Positions 37,501-46,491 of a DNA stretch of 64,000 nt are shown here, piece after piece (the stretch's first letter is position 1; each line of letters begins with the position of its first letter). The translations under genes were made by a program, and so were the position numbers. Location of the stretch: the NCBI GenBank assembly GCA_038146705.1, contig JAYQSB010000002.1, positions 8,688-72,687 on the forward strand. The letters are read 5' to 3'. Under the pieces are notes generated by a model, which saw nothing but the letters and a program-made list of their open reading frames with translations, ran no database searches and was not told the DNA's origin. Origin of the DNA: Candidatus Poseidoniales archaeon (GTDB taxonomy: Archaea > Thermoplasmatota > Poseidoniia > Poseidoniales > Poseidoniaceae).

Positions 37501-39892
37501 TAATACAATCTTGAATTGCAAGTGTACTTAGTGTGTACTTACACAATCCTATGTTCGTACCTGCATAGACAGCGCTCCCTTCGACCATCAAATCAAAAAA
37601 TTGTGAAGGGCGAGTACTCCAACTGCTTCCTTGTCCAAAGGAGGAGGCGGTTTGTCCATTCCATTTCCTTGCTCCCTGCTGAGTTCCAATGAGGAGGTCG
37701 CCACCGTCAGATGCAAGTGCAAACACGTTAGCAGAGGGTAATATTGCAAACCGATTTCCACTATTACCTTGAGCGGTTACCAACGGCTCAATAATTTCGT
37801 TTAATGATAGGTCTTTACGGGCTATACCAAACCCAGGCAGACCGAGGTGAAGGATATCCCCGACGATAGCAACAGGAGCAAAATCAACGCCATTGACGCC
37901 AGTTGAGGACCATGGTTGCAAAAATGAGTTTGAACTTGTATTGTAGCGAAGAACACCTTCATCTTCAGAAGCGATGTAAATGACTTGATTGTGCATGACG
38001 ACATCCGTCAAAAACGAAGAATCAAGTCCATTTTGAGTGTTAAAAACATTCCAGCCAGCGTTAGTCGTGGTATGGTCGATATACGCCATAACGCCAGAAG
38101 CAACGATCACCAAGTTGGTTGAATCAACAGCACAACCTGCAAGCCTAGAACCCGTCTGTTGACTGCTTGTGTAATAATTTTGAACTTGGCCAGTGGCAGA
38201 CACTTTTGCTACATCTCCGTTTTTGAAGCAAGCAAAGATTGATTGTCCATCCGTACGTAAAAATGCGATAGCATTTTGATTTTGGTTACCTAAATTCGAG
38301 AATGGCGTAGCCCATTCTGCTGCAGAAACATCATACCGGTTGATGAGGTCTTCAGCCCCGACATAGATCATGCCATTGAGTTCAACTAAGCCCGACATGT
38401 CACCAGAACTCGGACCGCTTGCAAGAAGAATATCTGCATGGTTTCCCGTCGATTTATCATAGGCAATCAATCGTCCTGAACCATCACCAACGATGACTGA
38501 AGCATACGATGGACCAAACTCACCTCCCACTGGCCATGTTGTGATACTCTGACCTTCACCGAGGAGGCCAAATTCTGATGAAAGACCAAAATTACCTCCG
38601 CTGACAAAGACCCCACTGGTTGAGTTGTAGGTTTGCAAATTCTTCCCATTGAGAATGTAAATCGAATTTCCGCTGAGAGCGAGTCCACCGATGTAATTTG
38701 ATGTTAACCAGTTGCCGCTGTTCCAAGTTGACAACCAAAATCCTGAATTCCAGTCATATCTTCCAATCCCGCTATCATGAGAAGCCATGAACAATTGATT
38801 TCCAACAACGAGAAATTCGGTGACAAAGTCGGAGTGAAGATTGTTCGCAGTCGACCATTGTGAAACGACATTACCGCTTGAAATATCGATGGTTTGTACA
38901 CCCAAATTCGCATGTGAAACATACAATAAACCGTTTAATACAATCATGTCGAGTCCATCATTTGCTCCTGAACTTTGCTGTCCGGCTGGCGTCCAGTTCC
39001 CCTGCACTAGAGACGCAACTCCACCGGAATACGACGCCCACCATGTCTGTCCATCGTAAATGAATTTGTTGAACAAGTAATTCGTAGGGGCATTTGGGAG
39101 CCCGTTTTGTATTGAATTATCATCGAGTGAAATTCCAGAAAATGTTCCATCTGCATGAAGAATTTGAAGGATTTGAGATTGAATATCAATTTCAATGTCG
39201 AGGATGGACTCTTTGTTGAGGTCTAGCACATCTAGAATTGTTGATGAAACACCATCGAATGATAGCACGAGTATGCTTGAATCGATAGCGAGGTACATTT
39301 TATGATCGTTCGGGTCAATTTCCGAGTCAATAATTTCGACCTTGACTTCCCGTAGAGAAACAGCAGGGTCTGCAGGAGATAATGCTTCGATAATCATCGT
39401 TGTAATTTCAGCGTTCGTAGGGAGTGTCACTTGGGCTCCTGAGAAACTGTTCGGATTCAACTGTCCAGAAGCCGTTGAACTCCCAGGAGAGCCGTCGAAA
39501 ATATTCGTTTGGCCGAGCGTACCCCAACCTCGCATATCGACAATATTTGCATTGTTTTGTTGGCCAACAAAAAGATGAGGTTCATCGATGATGATGCCAT
39601 CTTCACCTCGTACTTGGATTTCAAGGTGAACATTGGAGACTTCTGCACCTGGTGCAAACGACAAGTTCCATGTCGCCGACGCTTTTGTATTCGTTGATGG
39701 GTTAGCACCAGTAGTCGATAATTGAACCCATCCTGTATCGTTGCTACCTTCTGTTGGCCATACGACATCGCCGGGGACAGAGTGTGCTTGTGCGGGGATG
39801 ATCAGGCCCATGGGAACCGTTGTACTGAGAGCCATGACTATGACCAATGCGAACGCAGAAAACGTCCGCCTTAACTCATAGCGTCGGTTCAT
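31568..39892 (-). CDS. Giant cell-surface protein (2774 aa): signal peptide, extensive beta-propeller/beta-sheet repeats, FN3-like modules, a C-terminal TM anchor and a Gln/Pro-rich cytoplasmic tail.
   Basis: Signal peptide FSAFALVIVMALSTTVPMG. Hundreds of NxS/T sequons. Repeated W/G/S/T/N-rich blades. A C-terminal hydrophobic helix LALGLGLVVLLTLIALV is followed by RGRRR and a QP-rich tail. Confidence 0.7.
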   Translation of the reverse strand: MNRRYELRRTFSAFALVIVMALSTTVPMGLIIPAQAHSVPGDVVWPTEGSNDTGWVQLSTTGANPSTNTKASATWNLSFAPGAEVSNVHLEIQVRGEDGIIIDEPHLFVGQQNNANIVDMRGWGTLGQTNIFDGSPGSSTASGQLNPNSFSGAQVTLPTNAEITTMIIEALSPADPAVSLREVKVEIIDSEIDPNDHKMYLAIDSSILVLSFDGVSSTILDVLDLNKESILDIEIDIQSQILQILHADGTFSGISLDDNSIQNGLPNAPTNYLFNKFIYDGQTWWASYSGGVASLVQGNWTPAGQQSSGANDGLDMIVLNGLLYVSHANLGVQTIDISSGNVVSQWSTANNLHSDFVTEFLVVGNQLFMASHDSGIGRYDWNSGFWLSTWNSGNWLTSNYIGGLALSGNSIYILNGKNLQTYNSTSGVFVSGGNFGLSSEFGLLGEGQSITTWPVGGEFGPSYASVIVGDGSGRLIAYDKSTGNHADILLASGPSSGDMSGLVELNGMIYVGAEDLINRYDVSAAEWATPFSNLGNQNQNAIAFLRTDGQSIFACFKNGDVAKVSATGQVQNYYTSSQQTGSRLAGCAVDSTNLVIVASGVMAYIDHTTTNAGWNVFNTQNGLDSSFLTDVVMHNQVIYIASEDEGVLRYNTSSNSFLQPWSSTGVNGVDFAPVAIVGDILHLGLPGFGIARKDLSLNEIIEPLVTAQGNSGNRFAILPSANVFALASDGGDLLIGTQQGARKWNGQTASSFGQGSSWSTRPSQFFDLMVEGSAVYAGTNIGLCKYTLSTLAIQDCINAQDGMPNWAVYSVGTNATVVFGGTVSGVGLLDKSSFTWSENWENDFGQSGNAVVEIIGDVAFIGISGFGVLRYDLTTQQWLTPYTLDNVLDNGNEDVSGLAADIRPNHLWVGGEDGFQLINVTSGQEVYDIERSSSLYTGTSEPYQMIVHNNVMYYRSDNSDSIGRIDLVNFNQLALLDAGPRVNENGGVIYGLGLVGDILIASVASGQWWNAEGSGGLALWNTSNNSWGTSVFPEGQVDRVTAYESSFGNTWVAWGESKLELYDSSYVLQGSWDQFDLPIRGIVEWKGATLFATEDGILRYDEQNSQWLSTWTEGSGLPNNAGSRFFELWTNGNHLIIGGGIYGSFGGGEFFQEGVVTHLNGITNITTLHRSSQSNNIPNGYPMSATMCGGYLHMAMYQGTGSIARFNILNNQSTTVSPFQRSDFGGFGVASVACDSSETLYVGFYNNNQGISKYSYSTQQWLNQITTSANGLPSDLVWYDGLDWSNGRLIVGHGVGNDIAGGYSIFTSNGATTGQATVRGGGSSATSFQWLGASWLMGQAGGSSGYSRVSNISILGEQVLLDLPGIVSGQLGTISGNATNVYVTTKPTTGGTGNSFAATGVLKGHFLANGSLEWDFGWTFPGRAIAYDAEMVNADMYFSTINNGLFKLSSNGQLQKISGGLHQNLDGIARYGGDLVIGLAAESGSSPGVQNFNLSTQTFTAGRLIAGLPSNIVNGFATSSTHMYIATDNGIGVWNYSNDDWEDSITSADGLPSSIVNDIFVGGSSSSGSGSLVYFATANGVVEFDESTSQLQTIGKAQGLAGNSAWMFAESTSPSGATNLLVSHDGRGDERPGISILSLSTSPPTLDSTHKFDQLPSNIVLALSSDWWGIHISTLNSQQMIHWNSSSGDFEEGQGFVNLNSWWPARDLMSNGNQIVSISSNNGIAMLESRTSAHSILNIALPPEGINEVRQGVVTSSHFWLTTDQGLVGFENNGQYNAVDDFILRRAQPLQFATAGGAISRNVTSQTHVGDEITLVDPTNPLFLNLAGDVAGPHNTTFSTMPFMFTSPVDSAMVWTKLVDLKYNAIINLSNDENLVSNLQYAIDSGMLLNNTQHVSLTLQSPQNGTLLVRLSYDYIRRDTPIQLNSIYDRPDDGGSTLMVEWSLIHDPDFSQYHIFVNDGPWINAPTELELRQRTPDKTISLHSRTSSEVSTADSVPLVDGREYFAIVVTQYNDGRWGNIPLQIGPATPTDEVPRPPNWATAEPHTNGEDGEIELEWARCTALDLASTNVYVSKNQFSDVIGLKIHDTIDVLEGNTSIISLTPQTPYWIGFTCEDEAGQENTSDVTIVGPVVPTGELNDNQAPLPINGTIADDIPNDEGGRISVQWNVSLDDDCSLYTVFMKQAQNDGITNADDQNSTTRGSVNDFSQAAIISPCDENQTILSSLDGVPLIDGQQYIIGVVAYDAWLNGNTEDVLLVSATPLQNIVGSGTIPNRVTNIMAFDHPDDDGTAIDVVWQPSEADDFASYTIWVADKPLTDISWLYASRGTNAANCGCFSFNKQWIDERTNPIELTISTALYGGQDLLASTPQIIQPDVKLYVVVTVHDIKGNVHVDDLIQATVTPIDNLNDNDPPQRIDTVSILDVPNDDGTSVFVDFEFSNASDISSYEIYGATWAFSSVTIGGDGPTDPLFILTRTPELPIRLDLLAGDTQIIAGLDIWVAVVAVDAAGNAHRTELIVAEGSAVDNGGFSSSDPLSPALDVKVSWIDERDILIQWENPIDERVDGMRIYIQNEGFSTIDEADFLGEVKGDTSFIITSEVYSALVNSSKWYIAVTPFNALGVEKEVVPVVLNNVDASATEGEQNGDGTEFSINAILSQEMLLALGLGLVVLLTLIALVRGRRRTGGARISKDWELQESTWGIETDTTWNRGASETFDQQPPSQPEQQVGTYGRQVYQATQPVLQPVQQPNQIIQPAQTPTQNAPSSIDTSFLDDLL

Positions 39893-40049
39893 AGAATTTT
39901 TTGTTGTTTTATGGTATTTGAAGGCATTCCTTCACTGACTCTAATTTTGCATCACGCAATGTTTGTTCTAGACGATGAATTGACGCATGTGCCTCATTTC
40001 ATGAGCAATGCTCATACATGAAGGGGGCACCGGTTTTGATGGTGATGAT

Positions 40050-42359
40050 ATGAATCGACGTCAAAAAGAGTCCAGACTCAAGAAGGAGGCGTTGGAGTAT
40101 CACGAAGCCGAACCCCGTGGGAAAATCAAAGTGGTTCCAACCAAACCGCATTCGACTTCTCACGAGTTGAGCCTAGCATATTCACCGGGTGTTGCTTACC
40201 CTTGCTTAGAAATTGAAAAAGTCCCAGAGAATGCATACAAGTACACATCGAAAGGAAATTTAGTCGCAGTAATAAGCAACGGAACTGCGGTACTTGGACT
40301 AGGAAATATTGGACCTCTAGCCAGCAAACCGGTCATGGAAGGCAAAGGCCTGCTCCTCAAGACCTTTGCAGGCATTGATGTTTTTGACATTGAAATAAAC
40401 ACTGAAGACCCAGATGAATTTGTGAAAACAGTTGTCAACATCTCTCAAACTTTTGGTGGTATAAACCTTGAAGACATCAAAGCCCCAGAATGTTTTGAAA
40501 TTGAAAAACGCATTGCTGAGGCGACAGACATTCCAGTCATGCACGATGACCAGCATGGAACTGCCATCATTTCAGGAGCAGCTTTGCTCAACGCATGTGA
40601 ACTGCAAGACAAGTCGTTAGACAAGGTCAACGTCGTCGTGATCGGTGCAGGTGCATCAGCCATCGCATGTGCCAGACACTATGTGGCGCTAGGCGTGAAA
40701 ATTGAGAACATCACAATGGTTGATAGTCAAGGTATCGTTACAAAATCAAGAGTCGATAAGGGTGAGGTTAACGAATACAAACAACCGTTTGCACAAGACC
40801 GTAAGGATGGAGACCTAGCAGATGCCCTCGTGGGTGCTGATGTTCTTCTTGGACTATCAAAAGGTGGGCTTGTTTCAAAGGAAATGGTCGAAAAAATGGC
40901 CCCAAAACCAATTGTTTTCGCACTTGCAAACCCAACTCCTGAAATCACACCGGAGGAAGTCATGAAGGTCCGAAAGGATGCAATCGTTGCAACGGGCAGG
41001 TCTGATTATCCCAATCAAGTCAATAATGTGCTTGGATTTCCCTACATTTTCAGGGGTGCTCTCGATGTTCGAGCAAGAGATATCACTCAACATATGAAAA
41101 TGGCTGCAACCCGAGCTCTTGCTGCACTAGCTAAAGAACCAGTGCCTGATTACATATCGGAAGCGTACGATGGGGTAACAATGCAATATGGTCCGGAGTA
41201 TATCATCCCGAAGCCATTCGATCGGCGAGTCCTCATTTGGGAAGCAGCCGCTGTAGCCAAAGCTGCAATTGAGGAAGGAATCGCAGCCGTTTCTCTTGAA
41301 GAATTTGATTTGAAAGCCTACCAAGAGGAATTGGAGGCAAGATTAGGTGAGTCATATTCTGTCATGCGACAGGTAATCAATCAAGTACGGGGTAAGAACA
41401 AGAGAATTGTGTTCCCCGAAGGTGACAATGAGAAGGTCATCCGAGCAGCTGCTCAATTACATGAAGAAAAAATCTGCCATCCCATTCTTCTGGGCAAAGT
41501 CGATAGAATCAACGAGATGGTCGAGGATCTTGGATTGCATTTTGATTATGAAGTCTATGACCCTCCAAATGACCCGCGTAGAAAAACAACATACGCAGAA
41601 GGGTTTTTCAAAAAACGACAACGTAAAGGCATCACACTCGCTGATGCTCAACGAATGATGCGAAGCAGGCCATATTTTGCAAGTCAAATGGTTGTACAAG
41701 GTGACGCCGATGGATTTGTTGGAGGTGTGAGTCGAAAATATGCTGATGTTTTACGCCCTACACTCGAGTCAATAGGTTCAGACACAGAAAGTCATTGTGT
41801 TATTGGTTGCTACATGATGAACATCAAAGGTCGGACGATATTTCTTGCAGACGCCACAGTCAATGTTTATCCAGATGAACGGACCCTTGCTGAAATAGCC
41901 GTGCAAACAGCGAAGGTAGCACGACGGTTTGGTGTGAGTCCTCGTGTTGCCATGCTTTCATTTTCAAATTTTGGTTCAACAAAAGAAATCCGAACCAACC
42001 GTATCGAAAAAGCTCTGAAAATTGCAAAAGAACTCGACCCTACACTTGTGATTGATGGCCCTATGCAAGCAGATACCGCCCTCAATACAACCGTGCAAAG
42101 TGAGTATCCCTTTATGTCATTTAAAGGTCCAGCGAACGTCCTTATCCTCCCGAACCTAGCAGCAGCAAATATTGCATACAAATTGCTTGAAGAATTGGGG
42201 GATGCTGAAATGACAGGCCCAATCCTCGAAGGAATGAAATGCCCTGTTCAACTCGTCGCTCAGCAAGATGGAGTACGACATATATTCAATATGGCAACAA
42301 TATGTGTGGCGGATGCAATTCGAAAAGAATCTGTATGGAATCAATTTTCAGTTGAGTAG
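40050..42359 (+). CDS. maeB: NADP-dependent malic enzyme (MaeB type: malic enzyme domain plus C-terminal phosphotransacetylase-like domain).
   Basis: [38 protein letters not shown] and GAGASAIA (NAD(P)-binding). The C-terminal 330 aa is PTA-like. Confidence 0.85.
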   Translation: MNRRQKESRLKKEALEYHEAEPRGKIKVVPTKPHSTSHELSLAYSPGVAYPCLEIEKVPENAYKYTSKGNLVAVISNGTAVLGLGNIGPLASKPVMEGKGLLLKTFAGIDVFDIEINTEDPDEFVKTVVNISQTFGGINLEDIKAPECFEIEKRIAEATDIPVMHDDQHGTAIISGAALLNACELQDKSLDKVNVVVIGAGASAIACARHYVALGVKIENITMVDSQGIVTKSRVDKGEVNEYKQPFAQDRKDGDLADALVGADVLLGLSKGGLVSKEMVEKMAPKPIVFALANPTPEITPEEVMKVRKDAIVATGRSDYPNQVNNVLGFPYIFRGALDVRARDITQHMKMAATRALAALAKEPVPDYISEAYDGVTMQYGPEYIIPKPFDRRVLIWEAAAVAKAAIEEGIAAVSLEEFDLKAYQEELEARLGESYSVMRQVINQVRGKNKRIVFPEGDNEKVIRAAAQLHEEKICHPILLGKVDRINEMVEDLGLHFDYEVYDPPNDPRRKTTYAEGFFKKRQRKGITLADAQRMMRSRPYFASQMVVQGDADGFVGGVSRKYADVLRPTLESIGSDTESHCVIGCYMMNIKGRTIFLADATVNVYPDERTLAEIAVQTAKVARRFGVSPRVAMLSFSNFGSTKEIRTNRIEKALKIAKELDPTLVIDGPMQADTALNTTVQSEYPFMSFKGPANVLILPNLAAANIAYKLLEELGDAEMTGPILEGMKCPVQLVAQQDGVRHIFNMATICVADAIRKESVWNQFSVE

Positions 42360-43189
42360 ACACCTTCCTTGTAGTGAATTGTTGGTCGTTTCGGCCTCCA
42401 TATTGCACCACTTACAAATCCAGCGACAAGGCCTCCAAAAAGTAGATTTGGCCAACCAGATATTGCATAATCTTCCATCCCTCGAAAAATTGGAATGAGA
42501 AATGAAGGAACAATACCTAAGCACGTTATCCAGAGCAATTCTGAACGAATTGTCGCAAATAAATCGGCATTCTTTGGTACAATTTTAGCAGGACCTCGTC
42601 GTTGTGGAGAAATCACGAATCGAGCGATAACATTTGGCAATCCTCGATCGATTGGAACAGAAGTTAGTGCTGTAACCTTTTGATTCCGAGGGTGTGTTGC
42701 GATAGCGGCTACTTGAGCCGCAGCGGGACCGATAAGATTGTTTGGGCGTGGCCGTCCGTCCATCATCGCTCCTCTATTTCCGAGAACAGGAGCATCGCAG
42801 AGCAACTCGGTTTTCCCCATTCGGGATTGTATGATGTCGTTTTCAAATGCACATTGCCATTCTGCTATTGATGGGAGCCGAACTTCCCAATCTCCAGAGT
42901 TCAAGAATTGTTCGACCTCTTCGTTCTGTATGAATTTTTCAATGAGTTCATTGGTTTGTTGAAATAGAATTTCTTCGACATCACCATCGTCATGATTTGA
43001 TTCTTCATTGAATAATACAGCGATGTCTCGATGTTGAATTGGAGTTTCGAGGATGTAATATTCGGGAAGTTTGACTTCATACCGTGGTCGTTGACTGGCG
43101 TACATCCATCCGCCCTTGTCACTTCCAACATAACAGGATTGAGATGGAACTTTGACAAAATTAAATTCCAAAAGACGAAGTTGATTCAC
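42341..43189 (-). CDS. FGE (sulfatase-modifying factor)-like N-terminal domain fused to C-terminal TM helices; atypical or truncated.
   Basis: FVKVPSQSCYVGSDKGG...RLPSIAEWQCAFEN resembles the FGE-sulfatase start and LPTEAEWE motif. The distal FGE motifs are absent. The C-terminus is hydrophobic (LWITCLGIVPSFLIPIF, LLFGGLVAGFVSGAIW). Confidence 0.3.
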   Translation of the reverse strand: MNQLRLLEFNFVKVPSQSCYVGSDKGGWMYASQRPRYEVKLPEYYILETPIQHRDIAVLFNEESNHDDGDVEEILFQQTNELIEKFIQNEEVEQFLNSGDWEVRLPSIAEWQCAFENDIIQSRMGKTELLCDAPVLGNRGAMMDGRPRPNNLIGPAAAQVAAIATHPRNQKVTALTSVPIDRGLPNVIARFVISPQRRGPAKIVPKNADLFATIRSELLWITCLGIVPSFLIPIFRGMEDYAISGWPNLLFGGLVAGFVSGAIWRPKRPTIHYKEGVYSTEN

Positions 43190-43198
43190 GAGGATTCC

Positions 43199-43888
43199 TC
43201 AAGTGATGAGTGCCATCATTCGATCATACCAAGCCATGCCTTTTTTATGATTTGTAAGCAAAGAGAACTGCTTAAACGGTGAGATTGAACGCATGTAGCC
43301 AAAGGCTGCAAAGTCAACTAGATCTGGGCTTGTCCCGCCAAAAAAAGTATTTTCGCCAACCTCACTGGTAAATTCGTCTAGGAGGTCGTGCCAAAGTTGT
43401 TGAGGCGTTCGCCCATCTTTTTTTACTCTCGACCTCGCAATGATGCCCCACATGATTGGAAAACCAAGCCAAGCGTATGCCTTTCGATATATGAAACCAA
43501 ATTTCTCCTCCTTTGAAACTCTCCGAGTTGTGCTTAGTGCAGAAAAGAACCCTCCGTATAAGATAGGGATTGTCGCTTTCGAGAGTTTTGTATCGCACCA
43601 TTCGAGCCATTTTTGCTGACGTTCTTGATTTTCTGCGAAAAGTTTGCCATCATTGTGCGTTTGGTCAAGATGTTTCATGATTGGTGTTGAATCAACATGG
43701 TGTTTGCCTTCGGCATCTGTGTACACAGGAACTTTGTTCCAATCGTCTACAAAATTCAATTCTTTTTTTGCCCGCAACCCGTTAATTCCGTGATATGACA
43801 CATCAAGGTTGAGATAACGAATCAGCCCGCGAACCTTCCAACAAAACGGGCAGGTATACAGCAAATGGAGCGTACCATCTTTGCCCAT
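43199..43888 (-). CDS. Glutathione S-transferase / glutaredoxin-2-like protein (mPGES-2-like CPFC thioredoxin fold plus GST_C).
   Basis: LYTCPFCWKVRGLI with the CPFC active site. VPVY...STPIMKHLD is GST N-domain-like. The C-terminal domain is helical. Confidence 0.6.
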   Translation of the reverse strand: MGKDGTLHLLYTCPFCWKVRGLIRYLNLDVSYHGINGLRAKKELNFVDDWNKVPVYTDAEGKHHVDSTPIMKHLDQTHNDGKLFAENQERQQKWLEWCDTKLSKATIPILYGGFFSALSTTRRVSKEEKFGFIYRKAYAWLGFPIMWGIIARSRVKKDGRTPQQLWHDLLDEFTSEVGENTFFGGTSPDLVDFAAFGYMRSISPFKQFSLLTNHKKGMAWYDRMMALIT

Positions 43889-43922
43889 ATCAAATCGACA
43901 AGATGTACCTTCTTAAGCCTCA

Positions 43923-44351
43923 TCAATCGTCCATATCCTGATTTACTTTCCAACCTGGTTTCCAAAAATCAATATTATCGAGCCAAGTCAACCATTCGTC
44001 ATCAATACAGGTGAGGAGTATATCGGCTCTCATGACCAATCCATCTAAATTAATCTTGGAAAGTGTGCCTTCATGATGTGCAAGATTCCATTCTTCAAGA
44101 CAACGTTTAACTTCACTGCGTCCGGACGCAGGAGAATTGTAGTGATGTTCACAGGTCTCTCTCAGTTCTGCTAACCAAATGGTGTATGTTTTGAGTATTG
44201 GATCATTTGGAATGGGTCGTTTCTTTTCCCAAAACTTCCACCCCATGAGGGAATACTTCAAGCCCAACCACTTGAGGATTTTCCTCATCAAAGCAGGTAT
44301 CAACGAGTTCCACATCGGCGTATCATGGGCCGAATTGTGGTTCACCTCCAT
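43923..44351 (-). CDS. Hypothetical protein (Trp-rich, possibly an NTF2-like fold).
   Basis: ORF only; no motif recognised. Confidence 0.25.
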   Translation of the reverse strand: MEVNHNSAHDTPMWNSLIPALMRKILKWLGLKYSLMGWKFWEKKRPIPNDPILKTYTIWLAELRETCEHHYNSPASGRSEVKRCLEEWNLAHHEGTLSKINLDGLVMRADILLTCIDDEWLTWLDNIDFWKPGWKVNQDMDD

Positions 44352-44756
44352 GGTCGATTAAGAGATTCATCAATGAAATCACTGTTTTCTACATATGAAG
44401 CACGATTGAAATCAAAAAATATTCGCGTTGAAATACATAATGAAAAGAGTTCACCACTCGAGTATTACAATCAAATTTGTTCCCAGGAAGGTGAAAAACT
44501 GTTTCTCGATGAAAACGGAAAAATGTACAATTCTTTGGAATTTTCAGAATTGATTGGGACCGTGTCACTTCGTTCGGAGCATTTACATTTATGCATAGGG
44601 CCTGTCGAAGGTTGGAACAGTGTCCTTAAAACATCAGATTCTATAGTATCATTATCAAAGATGACCTTTACACATGAATTTGCTTCAGTTGTTCTCATTG
44701 AGCAAATTTATCGAGCTTTTGAAATTTTGAAAGGCTCAGAATATCACAAGGTATAG
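44325..44756 (+). CDS. rlmH: SPOUT methyltransferase RlmH-like (rRNA pseudouridine N3-methyltransferase family).
   Basis: Length is about 143 aa. LCIGPVEGWN parallels LLIGGPEGLS, and the C-terminus ...IYRAFEILKGSEYHKV parallels the RlmH end ...YRAWSI..HPYHR. Confidence 0.6.
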   Translation: MGRIVVHLHGRLRDSSMKSLFSTYEARLKSKNIRVEIHNEKSSPLEYYNQICSQEGEKLFLDENGKMYNSLEFSELIGTVSLRSEHLHLCIGPVEGWNSVLKTSDSIVSLSKMTFTHEFASVVLIEQIYRAFEILKGSEYHKV

Positions 44757-44803
44757 GCAATGGTCAAGAAGGTCGGTCATCAGCAACGAATGAGTGAGGC
44801 AAC

Positions 44804-45535
44804 ATGCTGATAGAATCATTTGCCAACAAGAGTGTCATCTACCTTGTTGTCTTTGCGATATCAATGGTGTTGTTCTTATGGAGTCGACATCAACCTTTCC
44901 CTCTCATTTCAAAGAGGTTGGCTTACATCTCGTTTGGCTATCTTTCTCTTCTTCTTCTATCTGATACGGCACCGAGGCCGATGGAAATCGATACAATACT
45001 TTTGACTCTTTTTCTTTTCTCAGGCTTAGGATTATGGCTTGGTATGTATCATTTGTTGAAGACGAGGAGAGATGTCATCATCGCACCAATGTTTGGATTT
45101 TTGTTTTGTCTTTCAAGCACAGGCCTCATTGTTTTACTTTGGAATCAATTAGATCAACTCGAGCATTGGGTTGGCTTTCTTACACTGGGTGCGCTCTACT
45201 CCGGTCAAACGTGGTTGGTGTTTCGTGGTTTGCTCATAGGTCGCCTTCCTCTTGCATGGAGCCAAGCTGGATATATCGCCTTAAGCAAAGGTCAGTTGTT
45301 CGGGCCTCACGGAGCAATCAAATGTTTTGAAAGAGCGTGGGATGCAGAAGAAGAGCACCTCAACCCAATGGCCTATTTTGCTTTAGAACAAATACATCGA
45401 AGCCTCGGAAACACGAGTGATTCGCAAAAATGGTCAGATTTGCTTGAGTTATCAGGGGGAATACATGCTATCGACGCCCATTGGGTTGAGGCTATTGAAT
45501 CAAGCATCGAAAATATCACAATCGACCTGCGGTAA
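44804..45535 (+). CDS. Membrane protein (about 5 TM) with a C-terminal soluble helical domain; hypothetical.
   Basis: Hydrophobic helices in the N-terminal 150 aa. No motif. Confidence 0.4.
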   Translation: MLIESFANKSVIYLVVFAISMVLFLWSRHQPFPLISKRLAYISFGYLSLLLLSDTAPRPMEIDTILLTLFLFSGLGLWLGMYHLLKTRRDVIIAPMFGFLFCLSSTGLIVLLWNQLDQLEHWVGFLTLGALYSGQTWLVFRGLLIGRLPLAWSQAGYIALSKGQLFGPHGAIKCFERAWDAEEEHLNPMAYFALEQIHRSLGNTSDSQKWSDLLELSGGIHAIDAHWVEAIESSIENITIDLR

Positions 45536-45614
45536 TGTATGATACTATCAAAGAACGAAACAGATTGACACAAGAAATACAAGATATTATAATCTTCGAG
45601 GCCAATATACTTCC

Positions 45615-45899
45615 ATGAGCATGGACAACGAAGCGAAAGACTGGCCACTGGGAACGATTATGTGGTATGCGGTTCTAGTTTGGTTTTCATCCAGTTTGCT
45701 TTCACAGTCGATTTATCTCGCACTCTATCGGCAGCCATATGATGCTCTAGTTTTGCTTCAGACGTTGGGTCCATTATACTACGTTGTTGTTGTTGTTGAA
45801 GTAATAATGTGGATCGCATTACTTCTTTTAGGAATAACGAAACTAAAGTCGACAAAGCGTCAACAAGGTCCAGAAACGTTCGTTGTCACAAGTGCTTGA
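45615..45899 (+). CDS. Small membrane protein (2 TM), hypothetical.
   Basis: Two hydrophobic segments (WYAVLVWFSSSLL, YYVVVVVEVIMWIALLLLGI). Confidence 0.25.
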   Translation: MSMDNEAKDWPLGTIMWYAVLVWFSSSLLSQSIYLALYRQPYDALVLLQTLGPLYYVVVVVEVIMWIALLLLGITKLKSTKRQQGPETFVVTSA

Positions 45900-45986
45900 A
45901 CGGATAGATTGAGAGCACGGAGAAAGGCAATGCTCCTAGCAAAAAAGACCGATGAATTCAAATGCTTTCAAAATTAAGATGCTATC

Positions 45987-46469
45987 GTGAATTCAAAGAA
46001 AGATGAGCCTTTTGTTTCGGGAATTCCGATGGACGTTGAACCTGTCCACTTGGAGCAATTTTCCGAAGAATTGCCTCGTCATGCACGCCTTGTGAGTTTA
46101 GAAGAAGCTCGGGAATCCCTAGAAATTGCCTCCAGCACAATGTGCATTCTACAATCACTCAGTGAAGAAGCGCATGACCTTACAAACGAACTAGAAATAT
46201 TGCTCGAACAACTCGATGTGAATGACGAACACGTCGTTCAAGTTGCAGAACAACTCGCTTGCCTTGTCGCTCAGTGGCAAGGATTGGTCGAAGAATTGGA
46301 ATTAACAGGGGCAAGAATAGCCTCACTCGATTTAGGAAGATTAGAGTGGTATGGAATTGTTGATGATACACTAGCAATTTATTCTTGGATGATTGGAGAA
46401 GATGACATTGAATGGTATCATGATGTTCATTGCAGTTTTCAAACCCGAAAACCACTCATAGAAGCATGA
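45987..46469 (+). CDS. Hypothetical acidic helical protein (possibly DUF2203-like).
   Basis: The C-terminal EWYGIVDD...YSWMIGEDDIEWYHDVHCSFQTRKPL resembles the conserved end of DUF2203. Weak. Confidence 0.3.
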   Translation: MNSKKDEPFVSGIPMDVEPVHLEQFSEELPRHARLVSLEEARESLEIASSTMCILQSLSEEAHDLTNELEILLEQLDVNDEHVVQVAEQLACLVAQWQGLVEELELTGARIASLDLGRLEWYGIVDDTLAIYSWMIGEDDIEWYHDVHCSFQTRKPLIEA

Positions 46470-46491
46470 GCGTGGCTAACTCGGTGAGGGA

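Noticed and set aside
31651-39697. About 25 short ORFs (60-125 aa) on the + strand and in alternative - frames inside the giant surface-protein gene.
   Set aside because: All are fully nested in a continuous 8.3-kb reading frame with a coherent signal peptide, repeats and C-terminal anchor. They have no motifs and skewed composition, so they are shadow ORFs.
45781-45800. Short GTT microsatellite (gttgttgttgttgttg).
   Set aside because: It lies inside a predicted small membrane protein and encodes VVVVV. It is too short to be a repeat feature of interest.
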